From: Flavobacteriales bacterium
GTDB lineage: Bacteria; Bacteroidota; Bacteroidia; Flavobacteriales_D; Crocinitomicaceae
Assembly: GCA_947491305.1 (NCBI GenBank)
Contig: CANLIL010000001.1
Span: 30,814 to 94,813, forward strand
Direction of reading: 5' to 3'
DNA length: 64,000 nucleotides
This document shows positions 31,619 through 42,800 of this stretch, piece by piece; the first letter of the stretch is position 1; each line of letters begins with the position of its first letter. The notes under the pieces were generated by a model that searched no databases, was not told where the DNA came from, and worked only from the letters and a program-made list of their open reading frames with translations. A program made the translations under genes and the position numbers.

Positions 31619-34600
31619 TTACATTTTACCGAATTGTTGCTCGAAAATTTCTTGGTCTGATACAGAACCTCCTTTATCATACTTTTTTGAATCAAGTTCT
31701 CTAAGTAACGCCAAAACCTCATTGAATCGAGTAAGTTTAGATTCTCTTTCTCTTCTTAAGGCTTTTGCTTCATCTGAATCGTCACCTTCATTGTAAGTGC
31801 TTAAACGGCTACTATTTAAATCTCTTTGAAGCTTGTTAAGTTCTTTTAGTAGATTGGATTCAAGTAAGCTTGCTTTTCTAGCCTCAGTCTTATTCATAAA
31901 ACCTTTTTCCGGGTCTTCTTCTTTAATAATACCTGCTGATAATTTAGCGTGATTTACAGCATCCTCTTCCGAAACAAAAACTATAACTGTATCTTCTTTC
32001 CATCTTGGGGAACTTGAAACTACTTCCCATCTGTCAGTTTGCGTTGTAGAAGGTTGAACTTTGTAAGTAATATTAAGCTTTTCGTCTTTGAAAGTTTGAG
32101 TTTTGGTAGTTGGTGATTGCTCAACATCTTTCTTTTTACCCAAAACTTTCAAGCTAATTTCCAAGGCTTTGATACGCTTTTCAACCATAGCTTTATCTTT
32201 CGAGAAACGAAGCGAAATTTTAAGAGCTTTCAATCGTTTTTCAGTAAAGTCAACTTTGTTTATTGGTTTAGCGGTTTCAATTACCTTTTCCACTTTAGGC
32301 AGAACGTTTGTTCCCAATCCTGCGTAACTTCTATTTTCTGGTAACTGCATTCCACCGCGCTCTTCAATCAATTGTTTGATACCATCAACTTTGATGTAAC
32401 CGTCAACCTCTTTCTTAAGCATTTGGAAAGCTTCATCGCCTGTACCATAGAAATCCTCAATTACACTAATAGGAACGTAACGACCAAACTCACCGTTTTT
32501 AGCGTTATTGTCTTGGTAACGTTTCAATGCGCGTTTGATTGAGTCTTCTTTTGGAATATCCATAAACACAAGGAATACTTTATATCCTAATTTTTTCAAT
32601 CTCTTGATTAAAGGACGGTATTTCTTAACGTTACTCATTGTTCCATCGTACAACAAATCGTGCTTACAAGGTGTGTCGTAGCGATCTAAAAGCATATTCA
32701 CAACGTCTTTAGCTTCTTCATGCGTAGCAGGTGCATTCCATCCCTTATACTCTGGGAGCATTGAACGAACCTCGTCAGCGTCAATTTTCCAAATTTTATC
32801 ACTTTGCAAGTAAGGAGCATTGTTTTTTAAGAAAGTAGATTTACCACTTCCCGGTGCGCCACCCATAATAATTGCAATAGGTTCAATTTGGTCGGTACAC
32901 AAAGCATTTCCAACAAGTTTGTCGATTATTTCTTTGTGAAGTTTTTTTCTTTCTTCCGTGTATTCATAAACAACAGTTCCGTCTTCTGTTTTGATTTCTT
33001 TGCTGTTTAAGTATTTCGTTTGTGGTTGAGATTTAACACACTCGTCCAATAGCATTAATCCTTCTGAATCAATTCTAACAATTCCATTAGGATCAACAGG
33101 AGGGCACATTAAAACTTTTGGCTCAATTACTTTTGGTAAAGTAACATCGTCTAACAAGTAGTTCATTCGAGCGAAGTCCTTCACTAATTCATCAACAGAT
33201 TTTTCTTTGATTTGAAGCTTTTCTCTTTTTTCAAGAACTTCCATTACCTTTCTGTCTTTGGCTTCTTCACTAGTTAAAGAAGTTTGGCGTTTTTCAAGGT
33301 CTTCTATTTCAAATTTAACCTTTCCGATATAATCAGCAACATCCTTTTCTGGAACACGTCTTGGATCTAAGAAATCACGTTTGAAACGATCTGTATTTCT
33401 AACAGACATATTGAAATCGTCAAACCAATAAGGCTTGTAAACGCTACTATACGGGGACTGAATCATATCTTTAGGAACTGAATCATAAGACCCTTGCTTA
33501 ACATATCTTTTATCTTCATCAAGTTTTGTTCTCCAAAATTCTTGAATTGCGGAGATTTGTTCTTTTATAGGTTTATCTACGTATTTTTTTCTTACGTCTT
33601 TCAACAATTCTTTTAAATCGTCTTTTCGATACTCAATAGTTTTAATTTGCTCAATAAATCGCTCTAGTTTTTCAACATCCGCTTTTTTATCCGTAATATC
33701 CTCAGCAATTGTTTCAATATCCTCCATTAATTCCATTTCTGCAATAACGCGAGGGTTTTTAATCAATGAATACTTTAAATCTTTTGGATTAAACTCTTCT
33801 GTTTTAAGGATGTTTGTTTGACCATCAGTATCAAAAATACTATTGATACGAGAAGTTTTTTCTTCTAATTTCTGGAACATAAAAATATCAGCACTGTCAA
33901 TCATTAATGGATTAACAATACGTACATTTTTAAACGCATTTCCTTGGCGGTAAATTCTACCTTCCAATTGTTGAATATCCGTTGGGTTGAATGAAAGGAA
34001 ACAGTTGAATAACGTACTAGAATAAGCTTGCAGGTTGATACCTTCGCGAATAGTAGCACTACCAATTAATACCTTACATCTTTCTTCATCAGAAATTGGT
34101 TCTAATTCGAGTGTTTTTTTATTGAATTTTTTACCAAGGAATAAGTTTTTTACATATTCTTTTGCGTCTTCGTCACTTACACCCTTTTCGATAGGCAATT
34201 TAATTTCAGAACTGATAATTCCAACTTCATGAGGTTTAAAACCTAAATTTTCAATTAAGTATTCACGGATTAAACCAAAGAACTTAACACCTCTTTCGCT
34301 GTAAATAACAACTCCAGACATTGGTGTTTTTGTTTTTTCGTGGTGTTCTTTAATGGATCTTATGCTCTCTACTACAAAAGTAAGTTTTCCAGATGTTTCA
34401 ATAAATTGTTTCGCTGTAGGTCTTAGTAAACCTTGACCACAATCAAATAAATATGGACTGAAAGCAACATTTCTTGAATGGTTTAGAGCTAATAATAAAC
34501 GAACGCCTTTTTTCTCGTTTTCGTCCATTGCTCCTTCGTCGATTTCAACAGATTCCTCCGATTTTATTTCTTCTTCGTCTTCACCACCATTACTAGAGTT

Positions 34601-37177
34601 TGAAGAAGAACAAAGTTCATCTTTAGATATATTGCCCTCAGCATAATCTTTAATCTTTGCCATATACTCGTACTGCAAAGGAGTTAAAGGAATAACAGTA
34701 TTTACTTTTTCATTCTCAGGCAAGTCAATAACAACTCCCTCACTCTTCATTTTAGTGTAAGGAAGTACATATTTATTTGGTCTTTTTACACCAACCGATT
34801 CACCAGTTTTATGATTAATGAATTGTCTTACTAATTGTTGCAATACCAATAGGTTATTAAAACCTAATATTACTTGTTTTCTTTCTGGGTTAAGGGCGGC
34901 ATTAATTACTAATTCATAAGAAACATCAACAAATGTATCGAAGAAATTAGTTAAATTATTAAGTGTCATTTGCTCCAATCGTCTATAACCGACCATTGCC
35001 AACATGGAAAATACTTCCAATGGTGAATTGGTAAATGGAGTAGCGGTTAATAACTGCGTATTTCCTTGGAAATTATTCTGAATATATTGACAAAGCGTGA
35101 AACCTTTTATTGCGGTTGAGCTTGGTTTTCCAGAATTAATCTTATATTGTGAAGTTGCTTTCGTCGCTTTTGCTTTTCCATCGTCTTTTTTAACACTTGT
35201 ACTAGCCTCTGCTTCACCACGAACACTTGTAAATACTTTCTTACAAGCGTGTGCTTCGTCCAAACACATATAATCAAGACCTAAGTCTTCAATGTTGATT
35301 TTCGTGCCTCTAAGCGCCTTTCCTAAAAGTTCTTCTATTTCAGTATTTAACTTCAATGCTTGACGTTCTGCTTCTTTGTCTTTTAATTCAGAAGTATCTT
35401 GCATCAAAATTGATCCAATGCTAGTTTTCATTGAATTTGCTGTATCATCATTAAAACCAAGGTTCAACATACCTTCATAAGTCATAATGGTTACAGAACC
35501 TTCATCAACCAAAAGCGTATTTCCGTTTGTGTCTTGGAAATCTTCAATAACAGAATCATTTAGGTTGTATAGCTTATTGATTTTAATATGTCCAGCAAAC
35601 TTTTTAAACTCTGAAATCCATTGTTTGTAAGTTTGATTTGGAACGATTACTACAGGACGTTTTGACCAACCTAAGTCAATGAAAGCACTTATAGTAAATA
35701 TTGCTGACGGCGTTTTTCCAACCCCAACATCAAATGCTAATAACCCAGAGCCATTACTTAAAGTAAAGGCAACGGCTTCGCGTTTTTCGAAACGAACATC
35801 ACTTGGTTGTCCGTCGATAAATTTATTCATTCTAAATCCTACCGGGATTTTGTTGTAATTGATAGCTACATTGTTATTGAAAGTCATGTTCCATTCCGAC
35901 TCAATGCGAATTTTGTCGTTTTGCAACAACATTTTATCAATGAAAATAGCAAATAAACGATCTCCCTCTTGCTTAGATTTGGATTTCATACGCTCAAAAG
36001 CAGCGTCTTCTTTCTGTTTAATTTTTAAGTTTTCACCTGTATATCTACCATCATAATCTTTTTCAGCAGAAGTTTTTGGTTTCTGTTTAGCGAAAACATA
36101 GTAGTTTATAATATCAGCATAAGAAATACCCTTTTTAAATTGAATAGTTTTATCAGTAACCATCCAATAACAGAAAGCATCGCGTAAATTAAGCTGATCG
36201 TATGTCGTTTTTTTCCAGTCACTGTAGTATTTGGTGTCCAAGAAATCCATTTGACCATAGCGCTTATCCGAAGAAGCAGAAATTTGTTTCCATTTAAACG
36301 TAGCTTCATCAGACAATGTTTTTATATAGAAATTTTTTGCAAAATTAGAGTTAGGCAAAAGCTTAAGGCTGTTTTTGTCGCTACTATTTATAACTAAACG
36401 CTTAGCATATTGCATGTCAAAAACTTTCTTGATTTCTTCAATTTGTCTTTGCAATGCTTTTTCACCGTATTTTTCAACGATGTAATCAGCGTCTTCGCCT
36501 ACATTCTCAACACCATCAACTTTTCTTACTCTTGAATTTTTACGGTAAACGTCTCCGGATAAATATAACCATGCAGGCTCAATTTCTTTTGTAATACCAT
36601 TATAAAAAACTAATCCTTTTTCATACCAGTCTTTTATTTTTTCTTCGTAGTTATTGTTTCCAGACATCAACATAGAAGGAGTAGTTCCTGCTATCTCGAA
36701 CCATTCCATGTTTGTTACAGGCTTAGATATTTGGTTACAATGCCATAAGAACACTTGTAATTCTTCTTTGGAAACTTCTGGGTTTATTTCATTGAAAACC
36801 TCTTGTAGAGACCTTGTTTCAATACCTTCCATGCTTGATTCAGCAGGCTTATTCGATTTCTTAAGTTTTTTGTAGTCGCGATTGATTTTTAATTCAACAT
36901 CAGACTTCGATTTAGAAAGCGCATTTTCGATATTGTCAATTTGCTCAACGTCTTTATCTGTAAGGTCAATTATATCAACGGTTTTAGAAGAAACCAAAGG
37001 GTCGTCATAATTTACTGCTGTAAGATAAGCAATTGCATTGATTCTGTCAAGATCAGCTAATGATCCTTTATACAAAGTAATTGATTTACCAAATTTGCTT
37101 TTACCTTCTTTTTGTTCAGCTAAAATATTGTCTGGGTTTTCTTTAAAATATAACCCGTTTGCAAAAATATTCTTCAT
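31619..37177 (-). CDS. giant polyvalent protein: N-terminal unknown region, SNF2/DEAD-like helicase and zeta-toxin-like P-loop kinase domain
   Basis: Helicase motifs 'FDVGVGKTPSAI' (I), 'MCLDEAHACKK' (II), 'LLTATPFTNSPLEVFSML' (III) and 'QLEGRIYRQGN' (VI). The C-terminal region has 'IIMGGAPGSGKSTFLKN..IDADEVRSMLPEY..LLYDGTMSN..GRYVPISV', which is zeta-toxin/AAA_33-like. Confidence 0.7.
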   Translation of the reverse strand: MKNIFANGLYFKENPDNILAEQKEGKSKFGKSITLYKGSLADLDRINAIAYLTAVNYDDPLVSSKTVDIIDLTDKDVEQIDNIENALSKSKSDVELKINRDYKKLKKSNKPAESSMEGIETRSLQEVFNEINPEVSKEELQVFLWHCNQISKPVTNMEWFEIAGTTPSMLMSGNNNYEEKIKDWYEKGLVFYNGITKEIEPAWLYLSGDVYRKNSRVRKVDGVENVGEDADYIVEKYGEKALQRQIEEIKKVFDMQYAKRLVINSSDKNSLKLLPNSNFAKNFYIKTLSDEATFKWKQISASSDKRYGQMDFLDTKYYSDWKKTTYDQLNLRDAFCYWMVTDKTIQFKKGISYADIINYYVFAKQKPKTSAEKDYDGRYTGENLKIKQKEDAAFERMKSKSKQEGDRLFAIFIDKMLLQNDKIRIESEWNMTFNNNVAINYNKIPVGFRMNKFIDGQPSDVRFEKREAVAFTLSNGSGLLAFDVGVGKTPSAIFTISAFIDLGWSKRPVVIVPNQTYKQWISEFKKFAGHIKINKLYNLNDSVIEDFQDTNGNTLLVDEGSVTIMTYEGMLNLGFNDDTANSMKTSIGSILMQDTSELKDKEAERQALKLNTEIEELLGKALRGTKINIEDLGLDYMCLDEAHACKKVFTSVRGEAEASTSVKKDDGKAKATKATSQYKINSGKPSSTAIKGFTLCQYIQNNFQGNTQLLTATPFTNSPLEVFSMLAMVGYRRLEQMTLNNLTNFFDTFVDVSYELVINAALNPERKQVILGFNNLLVLQQLVRQFINHKTGESVGVKRPNKYVLPYTKMKSEGVVIDLPENEKVNTVIPLTPLQYEYMAKIKDYAEGNISKDELCSSSNSSNGGEDEEEIKSEESVEIDEGAMDENEKKGVRLLLALNHSRNVAFSPYLFDCGQGLLRPTAKQFIETSGKLTFVVESIRSIKEHHEKTKTPMSGVVIYSERGVKFFGLIREYLIENLGFKPHEVGIISSEIKLPIEKGVSDEDAKEYVKNLFLGKKFNKKTLELEPISDEERCKVLIGSATIREGINLQAYSSTLFNCFLSFNPTDIQQLEGRIYRQGNAFKNVRIVNPLMIDSADIFMFQKLEEKTSRINSIFDTDGQTNILKTEEFNPKDLKYSLIKNPRVIAEMELMEDIETIAEDITDKKADVEKLERFIEQIKTIEYRKDDLKELLKDVRKKYVDKPIKEQISAIQEFWRTKLDEDKRYVKQGSYDSVPKDMIQSPYSSVYKPYWFDDFNMSVRNTDRFKRDFLDPRRVPEKDVADYIGKVKFEIEDLEKRQTSLTSEEAKDRKVMEVLEKREKLQIKEKSVDELVKDFARMNYLLDDVTLPKVIEPKVLMCPPVDPNGIVRIDSEGLMLLDECVKSQPQTKYLNSKEIKTEDGTVVYEYTEERKKLHKEIIDKLVGNALCTDQIEPIAIIMGGAPGSGKSTFLKNNAPYLQSDKIWKIDADEVRSMLPEYKGWNAPATHEEAKDVVNMLLDRYDTPCKHDLLYDGTMSNVKKYRPLIKRLKKLGYKVFLVFMDIPKEDSIKRALKRYQDNNAKNGEFGRYVPISVIEDFYGTGDEAFQMLKKEVDGYIKVDGIKQLIEERGGMQLPENRSYAGLGTNVLPKVEKVIETAKPINKVDFTEKRLKALKISLRFSKDKAMVEKRIKALEISLKVLGKKKDVEQSPTTKTQTFKDEKLNITYKVQPSTTQTDRWEVVSSSPRWKEDTVIVFVSEEDAVNHAKLSAGIIKEEDPEKGFMNKTEARKASLLESNLLKELNKLQRDLNSSRLSTYNEGDDSDEAKALRRERESKLTRFNEVLALLRELDSKKYDKGGSVSDQEIFEQQFGKM

Positions 37178-37178
37178 A

Positions 37179-37409
37179 TCAATCTGGAATATAGTTTGGA
37201 TTTAATTCTGTTTCTACTTGAGAAATAGCTGTTGATATAGAGATACCTTCGTTTGCGACGAAAGAAACTATTCTATCTACAATTTTTATTTTGTCGTTTG
37301 TGTTTTCCAACAAAGGGCACAAATACGGCGTGTCGGTTGGGTTGCAAAAAGAAAGCTCAATATCAATAGCTTCTTTTAATTTGATTACTTTTTCCTGAAT
37401 TGAATCCAT
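37179..37409 (-). CDS. hypothetical protein
   Basis: 76-aa ORF ending 2 nt before the giant gene starts. Confidence 0.45.
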   Translation of the reverse strand: MDSIQEKVIKLKEAIDIELSFCNPTDTPYLCPLLENTNDKIKIVDRIVSFVANEGISISTAISQVETELNPNYIPD

Positions 37410-37572
37410 TACTTTAAGTTTAAGTTGCTAAATTACTGAAAAATTAGTACTTGTAAATATAATTTTTTTTACAGTTGTTAAAAAATAATCACAAAAAAAA
37501 ATCGACTAACCTAAGCTAACCGATTTTCGAGAGAGAGAAACTGTTTCTAGTTTTCGATAATTACATTTTAAT

Positions 37573-37812
37573 TTAAGCTCTTATTTTTTCTAAGACATAG
37601 TTTATGTCTAAACCAAATTCAGCTAAATTAACAGGTTTTGAACATAATCCTCCGTTTGAGCCTTCGAAGATGAAGGTTGCTTTTGTTGGATCTTGGTTGT
37701 CGTATTCAATTTTTGTCATAGTGTCAACCTTGACATTAATTTCTTTGAGCTCTATTGGTTCTGCAATAAAACCACCTTTTCTTTCAGCGATTACGGATGT
37801 TGTTACTTTCAT
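37573..37812 (-). CDS. hypothetical protein
   Basis: 79-aa ORF. Confidence 0.45.
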   Translation of the reverse strand: MKVTTSVIAERKGGFIAEPIELKEINVKVDTMTKIEYDNQDPTKATFIFEGSNGGLCSKPVNLAEFGLDINYVLEKIRA

Positions 37813-37833
37813 TTTTTTTATTGGTTTTTAAAT

Positions 37834-38208
37834 TTAGTTTTCTTTTTGAATTTCTTCAAGGATTTTACCTAAGTCAATACCCCTTTTTTTAAACCCTTCT
37901 ATTTCTGTTGGTGTAATAATGAAACTACCCGGAATAGCACCAATAAGAACAAAGTTTTCTTCAAATAGTTGGTATTGATTAAGGAAGTTTTCTTGGTTCA
38001 TAATAACAACTTGTCCGTCTTCTTCTGAAATAAAATCTGTTATGTCAATTTCATAACTGCTTTCTTCAGTCTGTTTAATGAATAGTTTATTATCTTTTAA
38101 AAAAACTTCATTGTTCAAAAATTCTTTTATTTTTTCAAAGTTTTCGCCTGTCCATTGAATTGCTTTAATACGCTCAGGATTTTTAAGGTAGGATGATGAT
38201 TCGTTCAT
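37834..38208 (-). CDS. hypothetical protein
   Basis: 124-aa acidic ORF. Confidence 0.5.
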   Translation of the reverse strand: MNESSSYLKNPERIKAIQWTGENFEKIKEFLNNEVFLKDNKLFIKQTEESSYEIDITDFISEEDGQVVIMNQENFLNQYQLFEENFVLIGAIPGSFIITPTEIEGFKKRGIDLGKILEEIQKEN

Positions 38209-38251
38209 GTTATTTTTTTTATTGGTTATTTAAAGTTGTTGTTTGAGTTTT

Positions 38252-39652
38252 TTAAGTATTAAATTTTTTCCACATCGGATAAAAATAGCTTCTAACTTGA
38301 CCTTGCAAGTAATCCATTACATCCTCAGCTTCATCGTCAACTAACTCCTCGTACATTTCTCTTTTGTAATCAGCGTCATTTTCCTTTCCGTAATGCTTAG
38401 CAACGGCGGTTAAAAGCAAATCACTGTCTTCGTCTGTTAGTTTACTAAGGAATAACTTATTTCTTTGACCATTGTTAGTTGCTTCTGTTTTAGACTCAGG
38501 CGTTTCGGTAGTTTTGATTTCAGCTACATTCTCAATAAACCTATCCTCTTCTTTTTCTCCACCGTTTTTCTTTAAAACAATAATATCACTCGTAACACCA
38601 GTGCGCTCAAATGTTGTATCAGGCAAGCGATAAGCTTCTAATAATTTACAATTATCATTTAAGTATTCTTTTACAGGCGTAACATCGCCATCTAAGAACA
38701 TCATACCACCATTTCTAACCTCCGCACCAATTATCATCACCATTAATCCACCCGGCTTCAATAAGTCCATTCCACGACGCAAGAAATACTCAACATAGTT
38801 GCGAGCATCGGTAAAATCCTTTTCTCCAAAGCCTAACAAATAACGTGCTGCATTCGGATCAAGCGCATCAAAACTTCCATAAGGACAGTTACCAATTACT
38901 ATATCAAATTTTTCAAGCTTGTCAACTTTGCCTCTAATTGTATTGTTTTTATTGATAAATACAGTTTCAAAAGGCGTTAATTTTACATCACAGAAAGGGT
39001 ATAAAATTTTAGTGATAATTGCGCTATATTCGTTTATTTCGTAAGCAACACATCTAGCCTCTGGATTAGCATAAGCAAGAAACTCACCTGTTCCAACAGA
39101 CGGCTCTAAAACAGAATGCTCCCCTTTATATCCATGCTTGTAAGCCAAAGCCCACATTTTTTCAATTACTTTTTTAGGAGTAAAGAACTCGAATAAAGAA
39201 CCAATTGAAAGCTCACCGTATTTACCCAAACCACCATAACCAGTATAGTTTTTGATAAACATTTTTTCTTCCAAGCTATATTCTCTCGAATCAACATTAG
39301 TAAAAGAACCAACGTTGTCTTTAATCCACTTTTCAATTCCCTTATTTAGTTCGTATGGATTGTTGTAATCGTCGATGTTTAAACTGATTTTAGTATTAGT
39401 TTCGGATGCAACACCACCACCATCTGCAAACTTACCTCTTCTTTGCATATCCAAAGCAATTGCAACAGCTTGTTTCTGAGGGTAACCTTCATTGACCAAT
39501 ACAGAAATCTTTTCGCTTACCATAGCTTTGTCATTTTCTGAAATTTCGCCACCTCTAGCTAAAATATTTGGAACATTTGGGTTATTTGCTCCCATCGTTT
39601 GAACTAATTTTGCGTTCATATCGTACAATTTATTTACTTTATCTACTTCCAT
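38252..39652 (-). CDS. N6-adenine DNA methyltransferase-like protein (polyvalent-module associated)
   Basis: Motif I 'VLEPSVGTGEFLAY' and motif IV 'VIGNCPYGSF' (NPPY variant). The N-terminal 'PQKQAVAIALDMQRRGKFADGGGV' ends in the same poly-Gly junction seen in the neighbouring giant proteins. Confidence 0.65.
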   Translation of the reverse strand: MEVDKVNKLYDMNAKLVQTMGANNPNVPNILARGGEISENDKAMVSEKISVLVNEGYPQKQAVAIALDMQRRGKFADGGGVASETNTKISLNIDDYNNPYELNKGIEKWIKDNVGSFTNVDSREYSLEEKMFIKNYTGYGGLGKYGELSIGSLFEFFTPKKVIEKMWALAYKHGYKGEHSVLEPSVGTGEFLAYANPEARCVAYEINEYSAIITKILYPFCDVKLTPFETVFINKNNTIRGKVDKLEKFDIVIGNCPYGSFDALDPNAARYLLGFGEKDFTDARNYVEYFLRRGMDLLKPGGLMVMIIGAEVRNGGMMFLDGDVTPVKEYLNDNCKLLEAYRLPDTTFERTGVTSDIIVLKKNGGEKEEDRFIENVAEIKTTETPESKTEATNNGQRNKLFLSKLTDEDSDLLLTAVAKHYGKENDADYKREMYEELVDDEAEDVMDYLQGQVRSYFYPMWKKFNT

Positions 39653-39653
39653 T

Positions 39654-39839
39654 TCATTTATACTTAAAGGTTGACATTATTGGTTCGCATCTGCTAATTT
39701 GCCATTCTTCTTTTAGCGCATTTTTCAACTGCATTTTCATATACTGAGCCATTTCTGTTTTTGTCATGTTCTCACTTGACATCTGAAACTCTACAGTAAT
39801 TGTTCCAGTTATTTTTTTTCTTGTTTTAGATGCTGGCAT
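39654..39839 (-). CDS. hypothetical small basic protein
   Basis: 61-aa ORF with a -7 box 14 nt upstream. Confidence 0.45.
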   Translation of the reverse strand: MPASKTRKKITGTITVEFQMSSENMTKTEMAQYMKMQLKNALKEEWQISRCEPIMSTFKYK

Positions 39840-39852
39840 AACTATTTTTTTT

Positions 39853-39860
39853 CAAATTTA
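39853..39860 (-). promoter_or_regulatory. candidate -7 box TAAATTTG (minus strand)
   Basis: Forward caaattta, upstream of the ATG at 39839. Confidence 0.35.
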
Positions 39861-39888
39861 GTGTAAAAATATTATTAATTTGTCAATC

Positions 39889-42800
39889 TTATTTTTTAAA
39901 CCTACCAAGAATTTTATTGCAATCAATTTCAACTCCATTATTATCCATAGAATTGAGCTCTGAAACGATTTCACATGGAGTTAAATCTTTTCCTTCAAAC
40001 TCAAACTTTTCTGTTTCAGAACTGCTAAATTTATTTACCACCAATTCTCCACCCTCAATCTCTATGTTTTGCCCGGTTGACTTAACTACCAAAGGAATAC
40101 CACCCTCTGAGTGTGGCGGCCCTTCCGCCAAGCCTCCCAACGCAAGAATTTTTTCGGCTGTTTTTTTGATTTTGATACCATCAATAATACTATCGTAATC
40201 AGACATTGAAAGTTCTTTGTCTTTCAGCTTTAATAAGTTTTCAGTTAAAAAATGAATTTGAGCGTCGTTATCAACATCTTCGCGTATATACTCAAACAAG
40301 CGAATTAATAAAGGCACGTTGATTGTTAGTGTGTCCGTTTCATTAACATCAACATGGTTGTTTTCGATATTCACATAAGGCACTCCTTCAAAATTATCAA
40401 CCGACAAATATTTTGATTTATTAATCTCGGAGATCATATAAGGTTTAACTTTTGTTTTAACACCTTTTCCTTTACCTCTATTCCATGAGTCAATTACTGT
40501 TACACAAACAGGATAATAAGGTACTTCTAATTCAATCAAAGCATTTAATCTATGATTTCCCTCTGTTAGCAATAACTTACTTTCATTTCTAATGTAGTTA
40601 AGTATCAAAGGTTCTGTTATACCATTTTCAATAAAGGACTTTTTAATGTTTTCAATATTTTTGGCGCTGTCGTCCAATGAGTATTTTGGATCATTACGTC
40701 GATTAAACTCACTACACTTTACTAAAAAGCTTATTGGAACAAGCAAAATATTAATATCAGACCATCTTTTGTCAAGACTGATAGCTATTTTACCTTTATT
40801 TGAGTTGAGTGTGTGAGAAGATTTAGCAGCAACTCCACCTCCACCAGCTAATTTTTTTTTATTTTTTTCTTGATCAAACAAATTAATGTAGTTTTCAATA
40901 TAAATTCTACCACCATAATACTCAAAGTCAATGTAAAAACCTTTTGAATTTTCTTTTACTTTAATCCAATTAAATCTATAATCATCTCCGAATGTATCAA
41001 TATTTATAAACTTAATTTTTTCATTTGAAAAATCAAACAATGCTTCACTTTCAAAATATCTTTTGTTATAAGATGGGTTATTTGCATAAATTTTTAATTT
41101 AACTATTGGGAAATTATCATTAACCCCACCGCCACCACCAAAAGTTTCGCTTTCTTTTTTCATTTCGTTATTTTTATTAATTGTAATAATTTCATTGTCA
41201 TAAGCACTTTCAACTTCTTTTTTAAAGTCTCTTTTCAAAATGCCATTTATTTTATCCGATTTATCGAAATCAAATTTTTCCATTACATAGAGTAAATCAT
41301 ATTGACCATAAGTTCCGAACCTAAGAAGTTTTACTCTCATGCTCCAATTAGCTTGATCCTTTTCTGATTGAATGTTACTCCAATCGTTGAAAACTTTATT
41401 GAGAGTTTCTCCGCTGCCGAAATTATTAACTACGTGAATGTAATTATCAGGAATACCACCACCATTTTTCATTTTCAGTTCGTTTGAATCTATTTTTGAA
41501 GCTTTACCCCCCATTACAGCGCTGTAAACACGAGCCATAGCCCATTGTTCTTTTGATTTAACAGTTGGTCTCACACTACTTGGATTTGTTTTGAATGCAC
41601 CAATACCTTTATTGTAAATTTGCTGTAACCCTTTCAGCGAAACACGCGTATCTTTTGAAATTTGCTCTAAATTATGAGAAGTGGATGTTGGATAGCCAAA
41701 TTTTTTATTGTATTTATCTTTAAAACTTACAAAACCACCGCCTTCATAACGGATGTCTGGGTTGTTTGTGTCGAAGTTTCCATTGTTTCCTACCGCAGAC
41801 TTTATTTGATTGGGTTTAAAAACAACATAAGTAGTAGCAAATAATTCATCCTTTAAAAAATCTACAGCAGAGCCCAAGTCTTTTACGTTTTTAACAATAA
41901 GACCATCTTTATTATGTTTTTTTGCGATTGAAATAAAATCGTTTATGTGCTTATGTTTTTCTCCAATAGAGTTAAAATTGGTAAATCCTGCATCTACAAT
42001 AAGAGGGTCTTGTAAACTTAAAAAAACAGGCATTATATTAGCGTTTTCTTTAAAAAAAACACCTGATTTAATCTGTTTTGGTGTTGGAGTTAAGTTTTTA
42101 TAAATGTATGTTTCTGCAACTGAAATACTATCAGTAAAAAAAATACCTTCTTTACTAACCCCTCTTCTTTTCGTATCTTCATCATTTGAGAAAACATTAA
42201 AGTCGTGTGTAGTGGCGTGTAAAACTACCAAAGGTTCTCCATTTTCGTCAACCGCTTTACTAACTCCTTCTTCTAATCTTTTTAATGATACCTCGTCAAT
42301 TCCAGAATCATTTATTTTAGTTAATGCAAGTTTCTCCCAGTCGCCGAAAAATTTTTTAAAGAAATCGCCTCTCACAAGTTTGTATTGCTCTGGATTTAGG
42401 TTACTTGGTTTACCGTTGGGTGCAAGTAAAGCAGGAACACCGCCGCCTTCATCAAAACGAATATCAGGATTGCTCGCATCAAACGTTGTGTTTGTGCCGT
42501 CAGTAAGTTTTATTTGGTTAGGTTCAAAAACGACTATTTCATTAAAGTATTGAATTTGATTTTCATGATTTATGTCTGGTTTTTCGTAAATATTAATCCT
42601 ATTTATAACTACTCCATCAAAATCATTTCTTATTAATAATTCTTGAAATCCATAGTCTGAAAAATATTTTGTGATTGCTTTTGAAGGTCTATAATCGTCT
42701 TTGAAAGTATTATTTAAAAAGTCTTTATCTAAATCCGATAAACCTTCAAGTCCTTTATAATTAATTATTGATTGCTCTGATAGTTTTTCCCAATTAAGCT

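Noticed and set aside
37500-37572. (GA)5-like 'gagagagaga' tract and small GAAAC-T-GTTTC palindrome in the 163-nt gap, considered as ncRNA, tRNA or terminator.
   Set aside because: There is no cloverleaf-compatible pairing, the stems are at most 5-6 bp, and there is no T-tract. I cannot support an RNA gene.
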